The notes beneath the pieces are model-generated. The model had not been told where the DNA came from. It searched no databases and saw nothing but the letters and a program-made list of their open reading frames with translations. Positions 20,977 to 30,299 of a stretch of DNA of 63,480 nucleotides are shown here, in pieces. Source of the DNA: Draconibacterium orientale (GTDB taxonomy: Bacteria > Bacteroidota > Bacteroidia > Bacteroidales > UBA1556); contig DYSI01000005.1 of the NCBI GenBank assembly GCA_020718275.1, forward strand, positions 1 through 63,480. Reading direction: 5' to 3'. The translations under genes and the position numbers were made by a program. The first letter of the stretch is position 1; each line of letters begins with the position of its first letter.

Positions 20977-21981
20977 ATGCGATTACAAAATCGGTATTGG
21001 ATTCTAATCTTTTTCGGACTTATAATCTTGAGTTCATGCGAAAATGATAAACCTAATTTGGCGGTTAATTTGGAAGGGATACCTGCTCCTTCAATTAAGA
21101 TACTACGGTATGAGCAAGCCATGTTTTCCTTGAATATGGATTCTTTCAATACTGAAATTGCTAAATTGCAACCTCAGTTTCCACTTTTTCTGAATGGAAA
21201 TTTGAACGACAGCCTCGCTGTACTTTCTTTAAAGGCTTTTTTTAGCGATGCCTATATGATTGAATTGAATCAATTGGTGCAAAACAAATTTGCTGATATT
21301 GCTCCTCTGCAAAACAAGATAAGTAAGGCTATGCAGTATTATCGTTATTATTTCGACATCCCCCAATCGTTTAGTTTCTATTCGTATGTATCTGGTTTAG
21401 ATGTAAATAATCCAATTAAAGTGATTGATAGCAATATCATTATTGGTTTGGATTTGTATTTGGGCTCAAGCGCTAAAGTGTACGAGCTAAGTGGTTTTCC
21501 AAAATATATTAGTAATTGGTTGACTCCCGAATCTATTCTGCCTGATGTGGCAAGCGAGCTATACAGGGGAATGGTTCCTGAGCAGGATTTATCAAATCAA
21601 CTGCTTGATCAAATGATTTATGAAGGGAAAAGATTGTACTTTGTTCAAGCCCTAATGCCAGAGATTGCAGATACTTTGCTGCTGCATTATTCTGCTCCAC
21701 AAATGAAATGGTGTTATGAAAATGAAGCAAAATTATGGGCATTGATGATCGAAAATCAGTTTATTTTTAAAAACGACGTTCAAATCCAAAAGAAGTTTAT
21801 GGATAACGGCCCTTTTACGACCGTTTTTGCAGGGGAGGCTCCATCCAGAATAGGCCATTTTATCGGCTGGAGAATCGTAAGTAAATACATGGCTAATACT
21901 AAATTAGAACTTCAAGAATTGCTTTTGCAAGAGGATACACAACTCATTCTCAAACGCTCGAAGTATAAACCAAAACGCTAA
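20977..21981 (+). CDS. gldB: Gliding motility lipoprotein GldB
   Basis: Lipobox LSSC; IGLDLYLG, LLDQMIYEGK, GPFT..F..EAP.RIG.FIGWRIV, C-terminal YKP; start set at ATG 20977. Confidence 0.85.
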   Translation: MRLQNRYWILIFFGLIILSSCENDKPNLAVNLEGIPAPSIKILRYEQAMFSLNMDSFNTEIAKLQPQFPLFLNGNLNDSLAVLSLKAFFSDAYMIELNQLVQNKFADIAPLQNKISKAMQYYRYYFDIPQSFSFYSYVSGLDVNNPIKVIDSNIIIGLDLYLGSSAKVYELSGFPKYISNWLTPESILPDVASELYRGMVPEQDLSNQLLDQMIYEGKRLYFVQALMPEIADTLLLHYSAPQMKWCYENEAKLWALMIENQFIFKNDVQIQKKFMDNGPFTTVFAGEAPSRIGHFIGWRIVSKYMANTKLELQELLLQEDTQLILKRSKYKPKR

Positions 21982-21996
21982 ATGAATTAGTAAAGG

Positions 21997-22620
21997 CTAG
22001 TCGGTGTAAGGAATCAAACGTGGATCAAAAAGTGGATTGCTTTGCTCAATAATATTCAAAACGTCTTGAATTCCTCTCTTACTCTCGGAGGAAGTTATAA
22101 TGTACTCGGGTAAGCTTTCCCATTGCTTTAGCAAAATATTCTTATAAATAGTCAGGTTTTTCTCTAATTTATTGGTAGTCAGTTTGTCTGATTTTGTAAA
22201 AATCAACGTAAATGGTAGTTCGGAGGCGCCGTATTTCGACATGAGTTCCAAATCCGATTTCTGAGGCTCAATTCTTGAATCGACTAAAATAAAGGTATTT
22301 ATTAAGTTCAGTCGTTTGAAAAGATATTGACTCAGCATTACCTCCCATTTTTGACGTATTTCTTTCGATATTTTAGCGAATCCATAGCCCGGCAAATCTA
22401 CTAGATACCAATTATCATTAATTAGAAAATGATTAATCAGCTGAGTTTTGCCAGGAGTACTACTTGTTTTTGCAAGCTTACTATGATTGGTAATGGCATT
22501 TATTAAAGAAGATTTTCCCACGTTTGATCGACCTATAAAAGCATATTCGGGTTTATCCATGGGGGGACATTGTGCGTAATCGGCACTGCTTTTTACAAAA
22601 ATGGCAGAATTAACCTTCAT
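21997..22620 (-). CDS. yihA: Ribosome biogenesis GTPase YihA/YsxC (EngB)
   Basis: GRSNVGKSS, PGKT, DLPGYG, TKSDK; start set at ATG 22620. Confidence 0.96.
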   Translation of the reverse strand: MKVNSAIFVKSSADYAQCPPMDKPEYAFIGRSNVGKSSLINAITNHSKLAKTSSTPGKTQLINHFLINDNWYLVDLPGYGFAKISKEIRQKWEVMLSQYLFKRLNLINTFILVDSRIEPQKSDLELMSKYGASELPFTLIFTKSDKLTTNKLEKNLTIYKNILLKQWESLPEYIITSSESKRGIQDVLNIIEQSNPLFDPRLIPYTD

Positions 22621-23569
22621 TGGATAATTCGCTAGAGTCAATTCTTTTTTCGGAGATATTGTATATATGGCGTGCTTTTTTTGCTTCGTAAATATCTGAT
22701 ATCTTGATTAAAATACCAGACTCTTCAACCGCTCCAAAATCGTGATTGATGGAAGTTCCAAAATATTTCATACCAGGACTTAAATTCATGTAGGCATTCA
22801 CTAAGGGGGGGATGTTTTCGCCAAATTTCCGCACCTGCTGATTCAGTATTTTGTAGTCTTCGAGGTAATCAATACCTTTAAATATGGGTTTAATATCATC
22901 AATATCAGTTTTGTAAAGGAGAGGTTCGCTTGGAAATACAAGTTTTTCGTGGTCTCCAAAATGCAAATCCAAAAAGTAGTGAATCATATCACGCGCTTTC
23001 GCATTGAAATTGGGATACATCGTAATTTTACCGAAGAAATACTCCATTGAAGGCTGACTTACAATTAGATATCCCAATCCGTCCCATAGATTATCTAAGG
23101 AATAAAGCCCTTTGCGTACATTGTAGTTTGGCTGGTAGTTTGGCTGAACAAAAGATCGCCCTAACTCGAAGGTTTGGGGTAAGTAGTCTTGAATAAACTT
23201 TTGACCAAAATCGAATAGATGCGCTGTCGGTGTGTCGAGTTTACTGCTTGCATTTCGCAAAATTTCATAGCCTTCCAAAAAACGATACCCACCTACAATT
23301 TCTTCATGCGATGGATCCCACACAATTAGTTGCTTAAAAGGTATATCAGATAAATCGTGTTCATCAAGATCGACGCTTTTTCCTGAGCCGCCACCAGCAT
23401 CACGAAAACTTATTTCGCGAAGACGCCCAATTTCCTGTATAGTATTTGGGGCGTTGAAATGACTGATAATGAAAATTTCTTTCTTCCCATTATTAGTTCT
23501 TCTAACAAAAGTTGAGTCGTTCAACTCGGCTCTAATCAGCGCTTTATTAATTGGTGCAATGATGTCCAT
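22610..23569 (-). CDS. GNAT-family N-acyltransferase (OlsB/GlsB-like, amino-acid lipid synthesis)
   Basis: EIGRLRE.SFR.AGGG, ELGRSFVQP.YQ, LDNLWDGLG, IPPLVNAYM; downstream of a PlsC-like gene. Confidence 0.8.
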   Translation of the reverse strand: MDIIAPINKALIRAELNDSTFVRRTNNGKKEIFIISHFNAPNTIQEIGRLREISFRDAGGGSGKSVDLDEHDLSDIPFKQLIVWDPSHEEIVGGYRFLEGYEILRNASSKLDTPTAHLFDFGQKFIQDYLPQTFELGRSFVQPNYQPNYNVRKGLYSLDNLWDGLGYLIVSQPSMEYFFGKITMYPNFNAKARDMIHYFLDLHFGDHEKLVFPSEPLLYKTDIDDIKPIFKGIDYLEDYKILNQQVRKFGENIPPLVNAYMNLSPGMKYFGTSINHDFGAVEESGILIKISDIYEAKKARHIYNISEKRIDSSELSNEG

Positions 23570-23802
23570 GGTTTGTTTTTCGCTTGTTTATTCTTGTGCA
23601 AATTTAGTTGATAAATTGTATTTATCAAAATTTATCCTAGAAGCTGCCGTTAATGAAGGTTTTTATTTTTATTAAGTAAACAATGGATTGATTATTTGTC
23701 TCTCTGATTGGATTAGCACACGCTGGCTTGTTGTTATGCAGAAATTAATTTAATAAAAGTAATGTGTTATAAATTAACTTGATGCGAAAAATACACCCCG
23801 AA

Positions 23803-24654
23803 TTAATCGTTGATACTTCTTTTGTATTCTTTCCCTAGTTCGTATACGGTCGCTTTTACCCAAGCTGCCCATTCTTTCTTGGTTTTGGTTTTATCAAAAG
23901 TCTTGTAACTAATTGGATTGCCAAAGTGAATATGGATTTTAGCTTTCTTCTGTTTAAAGACTTCGGCTGGAAGAAACAGCATCTCAATATTGGTTTTTAT
24001 GCCAAGCATTTTTCGCCACTGAGCTAATTTATAGAAGAACCTCGAATTATATGCTTCAATATAAGTAGGAATGACGTCTCTATTGTAAGTAATTGATTTG
24101 CTGATGAAAGTATGTTTCCATTCGAGGTCGAATATGCCGTGTTTTTGCCGCCTTGAAACGAGTCCAGCGGGGAAAAATAATAGAATTCGATTAGAGGCAA
24201 AAGCTTGTTCTAGAACTTCTAAATATTCGGCATTTCGGCCGTGCTTATTAATGGGTATCAGCAAGGGGGCAACGCCTGGCAATTTCATCAGAATATCGTT
24301 TACTGGAAATTGTAAGTCTTGACGTACTTGACCAACGGCATGGATGAGGGCAATGCCATCAAAGCCTCCAAGCGGGTGATTGGCTACAATCATTGGATTT
24401 CCTTCTTTGGGAATGTTTTCTAATCCCGTAATTTTTAAATCTAATTCAAAATCACTGATAGCTTTGGCCACCCAGTCCAAACCAAAATAATCTCGCCATT
24501 TATAGACATAGTAATTTACCTCGTCAATATGAACTATCCGCTCGATTAGTCGTATTACAAAGCGCGGTATTTTGCGATATAATCGAGGACTTTTTTCATA
24601 AATGATTTTGGGAATATTGATGAAGCGTTCACCTATTTCTATCTTCCCTTCCAT
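23803..24654 (-). CDS. PlsC-family acyltransferase (GlsA-like)
   Basis: NHPLGGFDG (HX4D), FPAGLVSR, EMLFLP.E. Confidence 0.85.
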   Translation of the reverse strand: MEGKIEIGERFINIPKIIYEKSPRLYRKIPRFVIRLIERIVHIDEVNYYVYKWRDYFGLDWVAKAISDFELDLKITGLENIPKEGNPMIVANHPLGGFDGIALIHAVGQVRQDLQFPVNDILMKLPGVAPLLIPINKHGRNAEYLEVLEQAFASNRILLFFPAGLVSRRQKHGIFDLEWKHTFISKSITYNRDVIPTYIEAYNSRFFYKLAQWRKMLGIKTNIEMLFLPAEVFKQKKAKIHIHFGNPISYKTFDKTKTKKEWAAWVKATVYELGKEYKRSIND

Positions 24655-24824
24655 GCCATTTGTTTAATGGAAAATTTAAAAGCAAATTTAGGTATTTTAA
24701 TAATGGCTTTGCTTTATTTCTATATGATTTGCAGTCTATTTTTTATTTCTATTCATTTTTTCCAAAATTGCTTACTGAGAATAGGATACTAGAAAAATAC
24801 TATCTTCGTTGTCTAAAATTTGAT

Positions 24825-25847
24825 ATGTACGCCTACTTTACCTTTTTGCAAAATTACTTGTTCGAGAAGAAGTTTTTTAAAGCCTCTGAATTTGATATTC
24901 CGATAATTAATGTTGGCAATTTAGCCGTGGGCGGAAGTGGAAAATCGCCTATGATTGAATATCTTATTACACTATTATCGCCTCATTATCAAATTGCTAC
25001 CTTGAGTAGAGGCTATGGTCGTACGACCAAGGGGTTTAGGGAGGTGCTGGCAAATTCTACCACCAATGAAGCTGGAGATGAGCCTGTTCAATTCAAAACT
25101 AAATTTCCTTTTTTGAAAGTGTTCGTGGGTGAAGATCGGGTAGAATCTGTTACCCAATTACTTTTTGAATATCCTTCGATTGAGCTAATTCTTTTGGATG
25201 ATGCCTTTCAACATCGTGCTATCAAAGCAGGATTAAATATTTTACTCACCGATTATTCAAAAATTTTTACCCGAGATCTTTCCATGCCCTTGGGTCGATT
25301 AAGAGAATTTCCAGCTGCCTCGCAACGCGCTCAAATGGTCGTAGTTACTAAATGTCCTGCCAATATTTCGGAACAGGAGCAAGCGATTTTGCGCCAAGAA
25401 TTGAGCCTACACACCGAAGCTCCAATTATGTTTTCGTACTTAGTGTACGATAATTTGAAGTATTTATCCTCCGATATTTCTGTTCCTGAATTTGGTAATA
25501 TTTTGACCGTTACTGGTTTGGCAAATCCGAAGCCGATGATTGACTATTTGCAATCGCATTATAATCCTTCAAGAATGGAACATCTTTCGTACCCAGATCA
25601 TCATCGTTTTAATTCCACTGATTTACGCACTATCAAGGATAAATTTGATAAATTTGCAACTCAAAACAAAGTTTTAGTGGTGAGCGAAAAAGATGGTGTG
25701 CGCTTAAAAACCCTCAACCATACTAACTCATTATTGGATTTACCCATTGTAGTTCTTCCCATTAGAATAGCTTTTATTGAACCTCAAGGTCACTTATTTA
25801 ACCAAATAATCGAAAATTATGTACAACAAAATACAAACGACAACTGA
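24825..25847 (+). CDS. lpxK: Tetraacyldisaccharide 4'-kinase
   Basis: VGNLAVGGSGKSP, LSRGYGR, GDEP, LDDAFQH, GRLRE, PDHH, EKD. Start uncertain; ATG 24825 chosen because TATCTTCG at 24801 looks like a -7 variant. Confidence 0.92.
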   Translation: MYAYFTFLQNYLFEKKFFKASEFDIPIINVGNLAVGGSGKSPMIEYLITLLSPHYQIATLSRGYGRTTKGFREVLANSTTNEAGDEPVQFKTKFPFLKVFVGEDRVESVTQLLFEYPSIELILLDDAFQHRAIKAGLNILLTDYSKIFTRDLSMPLGRLREFPAASQRAQMVVVTKCPANISEQEQAILRQELSLHTEAPIMFSYLVYDNLKYLSSDISVPEFGNILTVTGLANPKPMIDYLQSHYNPSRMEHLSYPDHHRFNSTDLRTIKDKFDKFATQNKVLVVSEKDGVRLKTLNHTNSLLDLPIVVLPIRIAFIEPQGHLFNQIIENYVQQNTNDN

Positions 25848-26631
25848 TTTTATTCGTAGTAAAACTGATTTTACCCCGCAAATAGGGATTGTTTTAGGTT
25901 CTGGATTAGGTAATCTTGGAAACCAAATCGAAATAGTGCTATCTATTCCGTATTCCGACATTCCAAATTTTCCCGTATCAACCGTTAAAGGACATCAAGG
26001 TCGATTGATTTTTGGAATCCTTGGCGAGAAAAAAGTTGTTGCTATGCAAGGCCGTTTTCATTTCTACGAAGGCTATAATATGCAAGAGGTTAGCTTCCCA
26101 ATTCGGATAATGATTGCACTCGGTATTGAATTGTTGGTATTGTCAAATGCGGCTGGCGGCATGAACCCTGATTTTAAAGTCGGTGATATTATGATAATTA
26201 ATGATCATATTAATCTGTTTCCCGACAATCCACTAATGGGTGCTAATGACGAACGTTTAGGACCTCGTTTTCCAGATATGAGTGAGGTGTATGACAAAAA
26301 ATTAGTGAATCTTGCCATGCAAATTGCCACTGAACATCAATTAAAAATACATCAAGGGGTTTATGTTGGTACTTCAGGACCTGCTTTTGAAACTCCTGCT
26401 GAATATCGTTACTTCAGAATAATAGGCGGGGACACGGTGGGCATGAGTACTGTTCCCGAAGCCATGGTTGCCCGACATGCCGGAATTCCTTGTTTTGCTG
26501 CTTCCATTGTTACGGATTTAGGAATTGCTGGATTAGTAGAAACGGTATCGCATGAAGAAGTGTTAGAGGCTGCGCAAAATGCTGAGCCTCAGCTTACTTA
26601 TATTATTACTGAACTGTTTAAACGGATCTAA
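25819..26631 (+). CDS. Purine-nucleoside phosphorylase (trimeric family)
   Basis: GSGLG, GH.G, GRFHFYEG, SNAAGG, GP.FETPAE, VGMSTVPE. Confidence 0.95.
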   Translation: MYNKIQTTTDFIRSKTDFTPQIGIVLGSGLGNLGNQIEIVLSIPYSDIPNFPVSTVKGHQGRLIFGILGEKKVVAMQGRFHFYEGYNMQEVSFPIRIMIALGIELLVLSNAAGGMNPDFKVGDIMIINDHINLFPDNPLMGANDERLGPRFPDMSEVYDKKLVNLAMQIATEHQLKIHQGVYVGTSGPAFETPAEYRYFRIIGGDTVGMSTVPEAMVARHAGIPCFAASIVTDLGIAGLVETVSHEEVLEAAQNAEPQLTYIITELFKRI

Positions 26632-26685
26632 GCCCTCGGTTTTTTAAAAATCGATAAGTAATACCGTTTTTGTGACTCCCTAGAA

Positions 26686-27744
26686 TTATTCTGTAGTTTT
26701 CTTCTTTCGATAAACCCTTCTTAACCAAATAGGTAACACAATGCTACCGATAATGAGGTACGAATAGTAGCTTAAAATTCGCCAGCCAAGGGCAATTTCA
26801 TTTCCAAATGGTCCAAGGTATTCCCCTAAGAATTTGGGAAGTATGAATTCGGCAATTCCACTCCCTCCCGGAGTGGGACTTATGAGCAAAATAACCCACA
26901 TGATGAGTTGACGAGCAAAAATCATAATCTGATCGCCATGTCCAATAACCATTAGGATAATTGCGTTTATTACCAAAAAGCGAGCAGTCCATGAAATAAA
27001 AGTTGACCCAATGGCTTTCAGCCAAAAATTGACACTTTTTCCTTTCATTTCCTTAGAAGTAATCATAATTTCTTCTCCTAAATGATCAGCACCTGTTCTC
27101 CATCGATTCAATAGAGGTAAGCTGAATAGCTTATGTAGAAAATCTTTGAAAAGTTTGGGTTTTATGAAAATTGCCATAGCTACCGTTGTGGTTAGCAATA
27201 TGATGAATGAATAGCCGATTAGAAATAAAGTTTGGGTAGGAAAATTGCCAAAATTGAAAAACTTAAATTCTGTATTGATAAACAATTCCTTAGAGCCTAA
27301 TAGCAAAATTGTTAGGGGAACCATCACTATATAAAATAGTTCGTCCAAAAGAGCCGTAATCATCACTATTGCAGTGGCTTTGCCTGGATTGTGAATCTCT
27401 TTTGATACGATGTAAAGTGCCACCGCAGAGCCGCCTATAACAGAAGGAGTTAACGCTGAGGAAAACTCCCATAGCATAATTACTTGAAAACTATGCTTCC
27501 ATCCAATGGCTTTATCAGTCAAAAGTCGGATGCGGTACATATAGGCCAAATCTCGAATTATTTCAAGTATTATGGCTAGGAAAAGAAAGAAAACAACCTG
27601 AAAACTCCAATGGATGCCTAAATAGCTTTCCCACGAAAAATCCCTGAGAACCAAATATATACTGGCTGAAAGCCCTACAGCTACTGCCAACAGTATTCTC
27701 CAAGCTGAAAAGATTTTTAGTATTTCGTTTGGCTTATGATCCAT
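26686..27744 (-). CDS. Lysylphosphatidylglycerol synthase TM / flippase-like (UPF0104) membrane protein
   Basis: Multi-pass; TPS..GG, PTPGGSG.AE, WR..SYY motifs. Confidence 0.85.
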   Translation of the reverse strand: MDHKPNEILKIFSAWRILLAVAVGLSASIYLVLRDFSWESYLGIHWSFQVVFFLFLAIILEIIRDLAYMYRIRLLTDKAIGWKHSFQVIMLWEFSSALTPSVIGGSAVALYIVSKEIHNPGKATAIVMITALLDELFYIVMVPLTILLLGSKELFINTEFKFFNFGNFPTQTLFLIGYSFIILLTTTVAMAIFIKPKLFKDFLHKLFSLPLLNRWRTGADHLGEEIMITSKEMKGKSVNFWLKAIGSTFISWTARFLVINAIILMVIGHGDQIMIFARQLIMWVILLISPTPGGSGIAEFILPKFLGEYLGPFGNEIALGWRILSYYSYLIIGSIVLPIWLRRVYRKKKTTE

Positions 27745-28145
27745 GTCTTAATTTTACGTAAAAGTAGAATAAATATGTTATAATTCGAGATGCCCTTTCG
27801 TGTTTTAAATGTTATATAAATCTTTTGCAAACAGTAGTGCTTTTCTATCCTATTTCAGTTTTTAGTGTTCTTTTTTTAGAATTTTAAAAGCAATCTTTCT
27901 GCATGACTTAGGTTGACTAAATTTTTATTGCCTGATTGCAATCAATTCTTCAACGATTTTTCTCTTTAGGAACGCTGGTACTGTTGCTTCTTCGGCTCTT
28001 TATACACTTCTTATGGTTGTTTTTTTCGGTGAGTGAAAGAATATTTGACACGTTTAGGGCTATATAATCGCTGGGTAACGACAAAAAGACATATGTTAAT
28101 TTTTAAAGCAGACATAATGGCGTAAAATATTCTAAAAAGATACGA

Positions 28146-28160
28146 TGGTATAGTGATTGA
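28146..28160 (+). promoter_or_regulatory. Putative sigma54 -24/-12 promoter TGGTATAGTGATTGA for hsp20
   Basis: GG-N10-GA spacing matching TGGYA-N5-TTG(C/A); 70 bp upstream of the start. Confidence 0.6.
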
Positions 28161-28229
28161 AAAGGGCATATCAAATTTGTTTTAAAAATTAAAATTTAAG
28201 TATAACTTTAAAAATAGGAGGATCAAATT

Positions 28230-28667
28230 ATGTTAGTAGTAAAAAAAGATTTTCAGCCCGTAATCAGTGATTTTATGAATCATTTTTTCAACAATGACTA
28301 TTTCAATCACTTAGAAGAAGATTTCAAAGTGGCACATCCAAAAGCGAATATTGTGGAATTGGACAAGGAATTTAGTATTGAATTGGTTGCGCCAGGTTTT
28401 GATAAGAATGATTTTTCGATTGAAGTAGAAGATGATCGTTTACGTATCAGTGCTAAAGTCGAAAATCAAACTGAGGACAAGAAAACCGAAGAGGAAATCA
28501 ACTATTTGCGCCGTGAGTATCAGCTTCAAAGTGTTGAGCGCAATTTTAAATTAAGTCACAAAATTGACAGTTCAAAAATTTCTGCCAGCTACCAAAATGG
28601 TATTTTGAAGGTTCAAGTTCCTAAAAAGGAGGAAGCAATCATTAAGCGCAGCATTGCTATTCAATAA
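28230..28667 (+). CDS. Small heat shock protein (Hsp20/alpha-crystallin)
   Basis: P.ANI.E....F.IEL.APG, YLRRE, ISASYQNGILKVQVPK, C-terminal IxI. Confidence 0.95.
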   Translation: MLVVKKDFQPVISDFMNHFFNNDYFNHLEEDFKVAHPKANIVELDKEFSIELVAPGFDKNDFSIEVEDDRLRISAKVENQTEDKKTEEEINYLRREYQLQSVERNFKLSHKIDSSKISASYQNGILKVQVPKKEEAIIKRSIAIQ

Positions 28668-28688
28668 TGCGTTTTATGATTCGTTACG

Positions 28689-28727
28689 ACTGCCTATCTG
28701 GTGAAAGCCATTTAGGCAGTTTTTTTT
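28689..28727 (+). terminator. Intrinsic terminator of hsp20
   Basis: Stem ACTGCCTA / TAGGCAGT followed by a T-run. Confidence 0.75.
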
Positions 28728-29322
28728 ATAGAGCAAGTCGTAATTGTTTTTTTAGATGAAAACTTTTTCGGTGATATTGGCAAAGGCCATGTTCTTCAAT
28801 TGCCACGACATGCTTTTTTGTTCCATAGCCTTTATTGTTTTTCCAATCATAACTTGCAAATTCAGCATCTAATTGAATCATCAATTGATCGCGGTAGGTT
28901 TTGGCAAGAATTGAGGCTGCGGCAATCGATAAGTATTTGCCGTCTCCTTTTACAATACATTCGGCAGGAATATCATGGTACGCTTTAAATCTATTTCCAT
29001 CAATAAGGAGTAATTCTGGTCTTAATGCGAGCTGACTAATGGCTCGATGCATGGCTAAAAAGCTGGCATTTAGGATATTGATTTGGTCTATTTCCTCGCT
29101 TGATACTACTCCAATGGCAAAGGAAATGGCTGATTTTTCGATTTCATCACGCAGTTGTTGGCGAAGTTTTGCTGGGATTTTCTTTGAATCATTGATCGTT
29201 GGGTGCGTGAATTTCTGGGGTAAAATAACGGCAGCAGCAACCACAGGACCAGCTAAACAGCCTCTGCCGGCTTCATCACATCCTGCCTCAATCCATCGAT
29301 CTGAAAAAGAGGATTTAAGCAT
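28726..29322 (-). CDS. rnhB: Ribonuclease HII
   Basis: GCDEAGRG, DSKK, IDGN, KGD, SIAAASILAK. Confidence 0.97.
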   Translation of the reverse strand: MLKSSFSDRWIEAGCDEAGRGCLAGPVVAAAVILPQKFTHPTINDSKKIPAKLRQQLRDEIEKSAISFAIGVVSSEEIDQINILNASFLAMHRAISQLALRPELLLIDGNRFKAYHDIPAECIVKGDGKYLSIAAASILAKTYRDQLMIQLDAEFASYDWKNNKGYGTKKHVVAIEEHGLCQYHRKSFHLKKQLRLAL

Positions 29323-30295
29323 GGATTAAGTGAAATAATTGATATAAATAATGGAATGCAAATAGGAATATGAAAATATCCATGAGCTTATTTTTTGTCT
29401 GATCCGAAAGGTAAATGCCCACCAAAACTGCGATTAGGAAGAAAATAAAAAGAAAGTGAAATGCAAAATTTTCACCAGCTACGAATACTAAGGCAGTACT
29501 TAGGAATAAACTCCATAGCAGAAATAAAATGTAAGTACGGATTTGGATCAGCTTATTTCGTTGTGCAGCAAGCAATAAAAAAATAATGTATATCGAGATG
29601 AGCGCAAAAATTATATAAAAAACATAATTTATCCAGTGATTGGGAATTTCCAAAGGAAGGCTTCTAATTGGATGTGCGGTGAGTAAATTCCATTTTTCAA
29701 TTAACTGATTGTTAAGGTAATACCAAGATAATAAATATAAATAAGGAAGAAAAAAGGAAACGATAATCAGCATCATTTCACGTAAGTTGAACTGCCGGAA
29801 GATTTGCAAAGCCAGCAATATCAAAAAGAGATCCCAAATTAGGACGCTATAAAATAAGGAGCCTATCGAAAAATAAATGGCGCTTGCCGATAGGGGTGTA
29901 TTGGCTGATTCGATATTAATGATTTTGAATAGATGATAGGTGCCAAGGATGATAAATGGTAATGAGAAAAGCACTGGATTAACACTCCAAAGCGAGTTGG
30001 TGGATAATATTATTAATGGACTAATTAAAACAAATATGTAGTTATGCCTTTTGTAGAGCCCAAATGAAGTAGCCATTATTTGAGTCAGAAAAACTGGAAC
30101 CGCCAATAGAATGATAAAGGTAATTTTTTGTATAATTAATTTGCCTTCTAATAGATGATAAATATAATCGTACAGTGGATTATAACCATAATTTGGTATC
30201 AATTGTATTGGAATGGTAAAAACAGGTATCCAAACTAAAAGAATTAGTGCAAATTGGATAATTATATTCCTACCGCTGAAAATTTTAATAATCAT
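29315..30295 (-). CDS. Multi-pass membrane protein (probably DUF6427-like)
   Basis: Many hydrophobic segments; lies between purD and rnhB; family call is from memory of Bacteroidota synteny. Confidence 0.55.
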   Translation of the reverse strand: MIIKIFSGRNIIIQFALILLVWIPVFTIPIQLIPNYGYNPLYDYIYHLLEGKLIIQKITFIILLAVPVFLTQIMATSFGLYKRHNYIFVLISPLIILSTNSLWSVNPVLFSLPFIILGTYHLFKIINIESANTPLSASAIYFSIGSLFYSVLIWDLFLILLALQIFRQFNLREMMLIIVSFFLPYLYLLSWYYLNNQLIEKWNLLTAHPIRSLPLEIPNHWINYVFYIIFALISIYIIFLLLAAQRNKLIQIRTYILFLLWSLFLSTALVFVAGENFAFHFLFIFFLIAVLVGIYLSDQTKNKLMDIFIFLFAFHYLYQLFHLIHA

Positions 30296-30299
30296 GGAA

